A DNA stretch of 64,000 bases from a virus (Duplodnaviria; Caudoviricetes), in IMG/VR virus record IMGVR_UViG_3300021426_000086, positions 1 through 64,000 of that record; one strand, written 5' to 3'. Shown one piece after another: positions 60,526 to 64,000 of the stretch (within the stretch, counting starts at the first letter, position 1; each line of letters opens with the position of its first letter). Under the pieces are notes generated by a model, which was given only the letters and a program-made list of their open reading frames with translations, was not told the DNA's origin and searched no databases. Position numbers and translations under genes: made by a program.

Positions 60526-60872
60526 AAGTGTTGCAATCTGTGGGGGGGGGGTACTCCCATCAGACTGTAGCACTCTACAGGTGTAAGTTTTCGGATGTCG
60601 AAGTAGCGCACAGGGTGCGTTGGGTCCTTCTTGCCTTGCAAGTCGGGATGCCCGTCGGGATAAATTTTTGCAATCATAAATTTTCTGAGTTTATTTATAG
60701 TTCTTTCTTCGCATACGAAATAGTGGTTACGCGATGATATGCCTGCAAGTATGGTTATCGCTATCTGGCGATGCGCCTGCTGGTTGTAGGTGTCGAGCAT
60801 TTCGCCATGGTAGTCTGGCTCCCAATACCCCCCCTGAATCATTGCGTTTAGCCGCGAGTTATTATAGTTCAT
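60522..60872 (-). CDS. N-terminal MTase fragment: TRD-like module plus motif IX
   Basis: MNYNNSRLNAMIQGGYW...IRKLTPVECYSLMGVPPP; minus-strand C10 (plus-strand G10, 60542-60551) shifts it out of frame with the core; C11 or C8 would fuse them; in-frame G7 at 60828-60834. Confidence 0.85.
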   Translation of the reverse strand: MNYNNSRLNAMIQGGYWEPDYHGEMLDTYNQQAHRQIAITILAGISSRNHYFVCEERTINKLRKFMIAKIYPDGHPDLQGKKDPTHPVRYFDIRKLTPVECYSLMGVPPPHRLQHL

Positions 60873-61010
60873 ATTCAATCAGTATCTTAGGTTTGTCGGT
60901 ATCGTGCCCATTACCCCCCCTGCAAGGCAAAGGGCAGGCCCTTTGGGGCTTACCACTATGCCGTTTTGGCTGGGGCTGTACTGACCCAGAATAATAGGTT
61001 TATCGCTCAT
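60862..61010 (-). other. Cassette 0, out of frame (G7; G8 restores 49 aa)
   Basis: MSDKPIILGQYSPSQNGIVVSPKGPALCLAGG|GNGHDTDKPKILIEYEL; tract 60914-60920. Confidence 0.75.
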
Positions 61011-61324
61011 ACCTCGGGATGATTACTCTGCCTTGCACTCCATTCCAGGTTGGTGTAGTGATTATTGTCGCGGTTGCCATCCTTGTGCAGCACGTTAGGT
61101 AGGTTGTCGGGGTTGGGAATAAATGCCTCGGCCACCAGGCGGTGTACCTTAAACGTCTTACCCTGCAGACGCACGCGGCGGTAGCCTTTGCCATTGAAAG
61201 TGGCAATGCGGTGCCACGTCTTTGGGTCGCTCTCTGGGTTGGTGGTGCTCAGCACCTGACCATCATCAGTAACATAATAAATGGTTTTACCCTTCTGGTA
61301 AAATTTCTGAATTGTTGCTCTCAT
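61007..61324 (-). CDS. HNH endonuclease (NUMOD4/HNH_3 type)
   Basis: KVHRLVAEAFIPNPDNLPNVLHKDGNRDNNHYTNLEW. Confidence 0.9.
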   Translation of the reverse strand: MRATIQKFYQKGKTIYYVTDDGQVLSTTNPESDPKTWHRIATFNGKGYRRVRLQGKTFKVHRLVAEAFIPNPDNLPNVLHKDGNRDNNHYTNLEWSARQSNHPEV

Positions 61325-61384
61325 TTTATATCGCCTTAAAAATTTGATGTAAAGGTAGGATTTTGTGCCGACACATGGCGGACA

Positions 61385-62632
61385 TCAGCGCCCCTGGCGG
61401 GCGAGGTGGATGGTGACGCTCTGGCCGAAGTATTGGCGGATGATGGCGTTAAACTGGTCGGCCTCTGTGCCGGTGGTCAGGCGGTCGGCCAACTGGGGTT
61501 GACTGCGATCGTACACGTAGGTAACGGTGTGCGACTGCTGCTTGTAGTTGCCAAACCACACGTCGGCACCGCTTAGCTCCATGTCCTGCTTCAGTCGCTC
61601 CCACACCTTCTCTTTTGCTGCCATTGCCTGCTCGGGTGTTAGTCCTGGCTCTGCCGCCTCGGCCTGTGCAAACATATCGGGCGTGGTGTCGGGTGCTGGC
61701 AGGTGGGCGTGGTTCACCACCACGTTGTAAGCCGTTCCCAGTGCCGTATGTTTTACGTGGAACACCACTGCCTCGGGGTCGCCCTTGCGGCGTGTGCCTG
61801 GGTAGTGCAGGTCGTAGGTGTATGTAATGTCGGTGGTTGGTGGCTCTTGGCTGGCCATGCGCTGCAAATCTTTCTGTACGGCATCCAGCACCTTCTGCTT
61901 AAAGTTCGAGAACATCGGATAGGCCGTGGCCGATATGCCCAGATACTCCTTCAGTTCCATCAGCGGAATGCGCACGTCGGTCTGCTCGGCGCCTTTGGGC
62001 AGTGCCCGCATCAGCAGCAGATATATGCGCGGTGTGCTGCGCTTGGTGCTGTAGAGTGCTATCATCTTCAGGTGGTTCACGTAGCCCTTACTCATGTCGA
62101 ATGCCCACTGTGCTGCGTCGGGGTTAATCTTCACGTCGATATATGCCGTCTTGCGTGGCACTGCATCGGGCTGTCCGTCCTTGCGTGTAAAGCTGTACCA
62201 GTCGCCCGTGTCTTTAAACCCGAACTGACTGAACACGTTGGTTCGCAGTATGCGCCCAGTTGGTCGGCCTTCGTCGTCAAACTCGGGATGATCCACCGCC
62301 ATGTTTATCTCGTCGATGGCCCGTCGGGCAGCTTCGTAGTTGCTGGGTTGCACTCCCAGGTCTTGCAGCCATATCCGCAGCGGTGGTATGCCCTCCTGCA
62401 GCACGTACTGACTGAATAGCGGCTTGGGTGTGCCTTTGGCTCGGTCCAGCTTCATGTCGTAGAATCGCTTAATGTATGGTGCCAGCACGTCCGTCACCAT
62501 CAGCAGCGCCTGTTGCTGTATCAGGCTCAGTCCTGCCATCAGTGTGGTGTACGTCCAAGGTGTCTTGCTCCATGTGCGCTGTTCCACCATCTGCTGCATC
62601 AGCTCTAATTGCGTTAAACTATTATTTGGCAT
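61385..62632 (-). CDS. Plasmid-type replication initiator (Rep_3/RepB family)
   Basis: LSLIQQQALL, YSTKRSTPRIYLLL and IPLMELKEYLGI...YPMFSNFKQKVLD winged-helix pattern. Confidence 0.7.
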   Translation of the reverse strand: MPNNSLTQLELMQQMVEQRTWSKTPWTYTTLMAGLSLIQQQALLMVTDVLAPYIKRFYDMKLDRAKGTPKPLFSQYVLQEGIPPLRIWLQDLGVQPSNYEAARRAIDEINMAVDHPEFDDEGRPTGRILRTNVFSQFGFKDTGDWYSFTRKDGQPDAVPRKTAYIDVKINPDAAQWAFDMSKGYVNHLKMIALYSTKRSTPRIYLLLMRALPKGAEQTDVRIPLMELKEYLGISATAYPMFSNFKQKVLDAVQKDLQRMASQEPPTTDITYTYDLHYPGTRRKGDPEAVVFHVKHTALGTAYNVVVNHAHLPAPDTTPDMFAQAEAAEPGLTPEQAMAAKEKVWERLKQDMELSGADVWFGNYKQQSHTVTYVYDRSQPQLADRLTTGTEADQFNAIIRQYFGQSVTIHLARQGR

Positions 62633-62660
62633 AGCGTTTTTGCTGTTTTTTTAGTGCTTA

Positions 62661-62855
62661 AACTATATCTTTGTTAGAGTAAACCGCCCTGTATCGCCCT
62701 GTTTATGCGGGTTTTTGCCCTCGGTAATATACTTATACGCCACTCTATAAAGGCTGAGAAATAATATAAATATAGTAATGTATGTATATTTACTCTAACC
62801 GAAATATAGTTTAGGCGGTGTTTTGGGGTGCGATTACTATAACCGATTTATAGTT
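62661..62855. repeat. Three 22-bp iteron-like repeats upstream of Rep
   Basis: TTACTCTAACCGAAATATAGTT (62790-62811), TTACTATAACCGATTTATAGTT (62834-62855) and an inverted variant (62661-62682) in an AT-rich gap. Confidence 0.65.
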
Positions 62856-63229
62856 CAGGCGTTTTTCCCCTCCTGTCGGTCCAGCCAGTCGATGATGGCC
62901 TCGCCTGCTATCTGGGCTATATTCTGCTTGCGCAGAGTTTTCTGCTGCATCAGTCGCATGTAGTCCTTCAGTGGCAGATACGTTTGCACACCCTTGGTGT
63001 CAGGCCCCTTTAGGCCGATGATTTGTTCAGCTGCCTGGGGACTGGTACCTGGCAGGGCACTCTCGTTGGCTTGGTAGCTGCCAGGTACCTGTCCCCTGGC
63101 AGGTGCAGTTGCGTCTGATGGCGCAGCGGCTGTGCCGCCGTCGCTCGGCTTCTGATAGCCGCGAGTGATACGCTTTTCGGCGTCGTTCACCAAGCTATTC
63201 TCGATATCGTCAAAATTCCATTTTTCCAT
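62855..63229 (-). CDS. Candidate ParA partner (ParG/RHH-like adaptor)
   Basis: Directly follows parA; flexible N-terminus, C-terminal KGVQTYLPLKDYMRL...IAQIAGEAIIDWL strand-helix-helix pattern. Confidence 0.4.
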   Translation of the reverse strand: MEKWNFDDIENSLVNDAEKRITRGYQKPSDGGTAAAPSDATAPARGQVPGSYQANESALPGTSPQAAEQIIGLKGPDTKGVQTYLPLKDYMRLMQQKTLRKQNIAQIAGEAIIDWLDRQEGKNA

Positions 63230-63240
63230 AACGTCTATAA

Positions 63241-64000
63241 TTAATGTTGAAACATCTCCCTCACCAGTTCATCATAGGCGTTGGCCGCACTCTGCTTTTC
63301 GCGGCGGGGCAGGCCCTCTCCGTACTCATACACATCCTGCTTCTTGGTCTGCGCCTCCGTTACTTTTATCTCGCGTGGTATCACCGTGCGCAGCACTCGG
63401 TCGCCATAGGCACGGCGCAGATACTCCATAAAGCCTCGCGATATGTTCGGTCGTGCGTCCACCATCGTGGGCAGTATGCCTCGCAGTGCCAGTTTGTCGT
63501 TCAGCAGCTCGCGCACCTCCTTCAGCTGGTTCAGTATAGGTGCCAGAGCGTTCACTGGCAGTCCCTCCATCTGCACGGGCACCAGCAGGCTGTCGGCTGC
63601 ACCCATCGCGTTCATCGTGCGCATTGATAGGTCGGGCGGGCAGTCAATCAGCACGTAGTCGAAGTAGTCCTCAATGCTGGTGATGCCGTGGCCTGATAAG
63701 TCCTCGGGTTCAGCATGCAGCAGTCGGTCAAGCACCTTGTTTGGTGCCAACTGCTTCACCAGTGCGGGGTCGATACACTGCAGCTCGGGGCTTGCCGGTG
63801 TGTAGTATATGCTGCCGCCCGTCTGCAGCAGTCGCTCGTAGATGGGCAACTTGCCGCTGCTCGTCGCCATCGCGTCGGTCAGCGTAGGCGTCACCATCTG
63901 GTCGGGTTGCGCCCCCATCAGTTTTGTCAGATCGCCGCTTGGGTCCATGTCGATTACCAGTATGCGCCAGTACTGGCGATAGCGCACCATAGCGGCTGCC
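63241..64000 (-). CDS. parA: ParA family partition ATPase, 5' end beyond the window
   Basis: ILVIDMDPSGDLT, DYVLIDCPPDL, LLVPVQME and LRGILPTMVD motifs. Confidence 0.88.
   Translation of the reverse strand, partial: AAAMVRYRQYWRILVIDMDPSGDLTKLMGAQPDQMVTPTLTDAMATSSGKLPIYERLLQTGGSIYYTPASPELQCIDPALVKQLAPNKVLDRLLHAEPEDLSGHGITSIEDYFDYVLIDCPPDLSMRTMNAMGAADSLLVPVQMEGLPVNALAPILNQLKEVRELLNDKLALRGILPTMVDARPNISRGFMEYLRRAYGDRVLRTVIPREIKVTEAQTKKQDVYEYGEGLPRREKQSAANAYDELVREMFQH

Noticed and set aside
57016-61010. All frameshifts are homopolymer sequencing errors
   Set aside because: Not excluded, since eight of nine broken tracts need +1, as under-calling would give. But one needs -1, four G7-G9 tracts are in frame, T8/A8 runs in other genes (3509-3516, 50818-50825) are in frame, and the clustering of long G tracts at this locus is unexplained by error. 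Reads must decide.

Overview
Most of a temperate tailed-phage genome, almost all on the minus strand. The host is inferred to be a Bacteroidales (Prevotella-like) bacterium from TAnnTTTG promoters and the gene families present. Left to right: portal (truncated), terminase, capsid, S49 protease, a complete diversity-generating retroelement (target/VR, MutS-like accessory gene, TR, RT), tail genes, a lambda-like replication module with a sliding clamp and an acyl carrier protein, a long early operon, repressor, a tRNA-like att core and tyrosine integrase, a lysis cassette, and a plasmid-type Rep_3/ParA module (truncated). The most unusual locus is 57.0-61.0 kb. It holds a circularly permuted C5-cytosine methyltransferase (motifs IX-X-I...VIII) split by a C10 tract. 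Around it are 14 translationally coupled 45-96 aa mini-ORFs that resemble target-recognition modules; most end in an (I/V)EY(E/D)-like tail. Eleven of the 14 carry a G7-G9 tract, and eight of those are out of frame and restored by a one-base change. This looks like a combinatorial phase-variable methylation system, but homopolymer sequencing error must be excluded with reads. All product names come from motif recognition by eye, not database searches.
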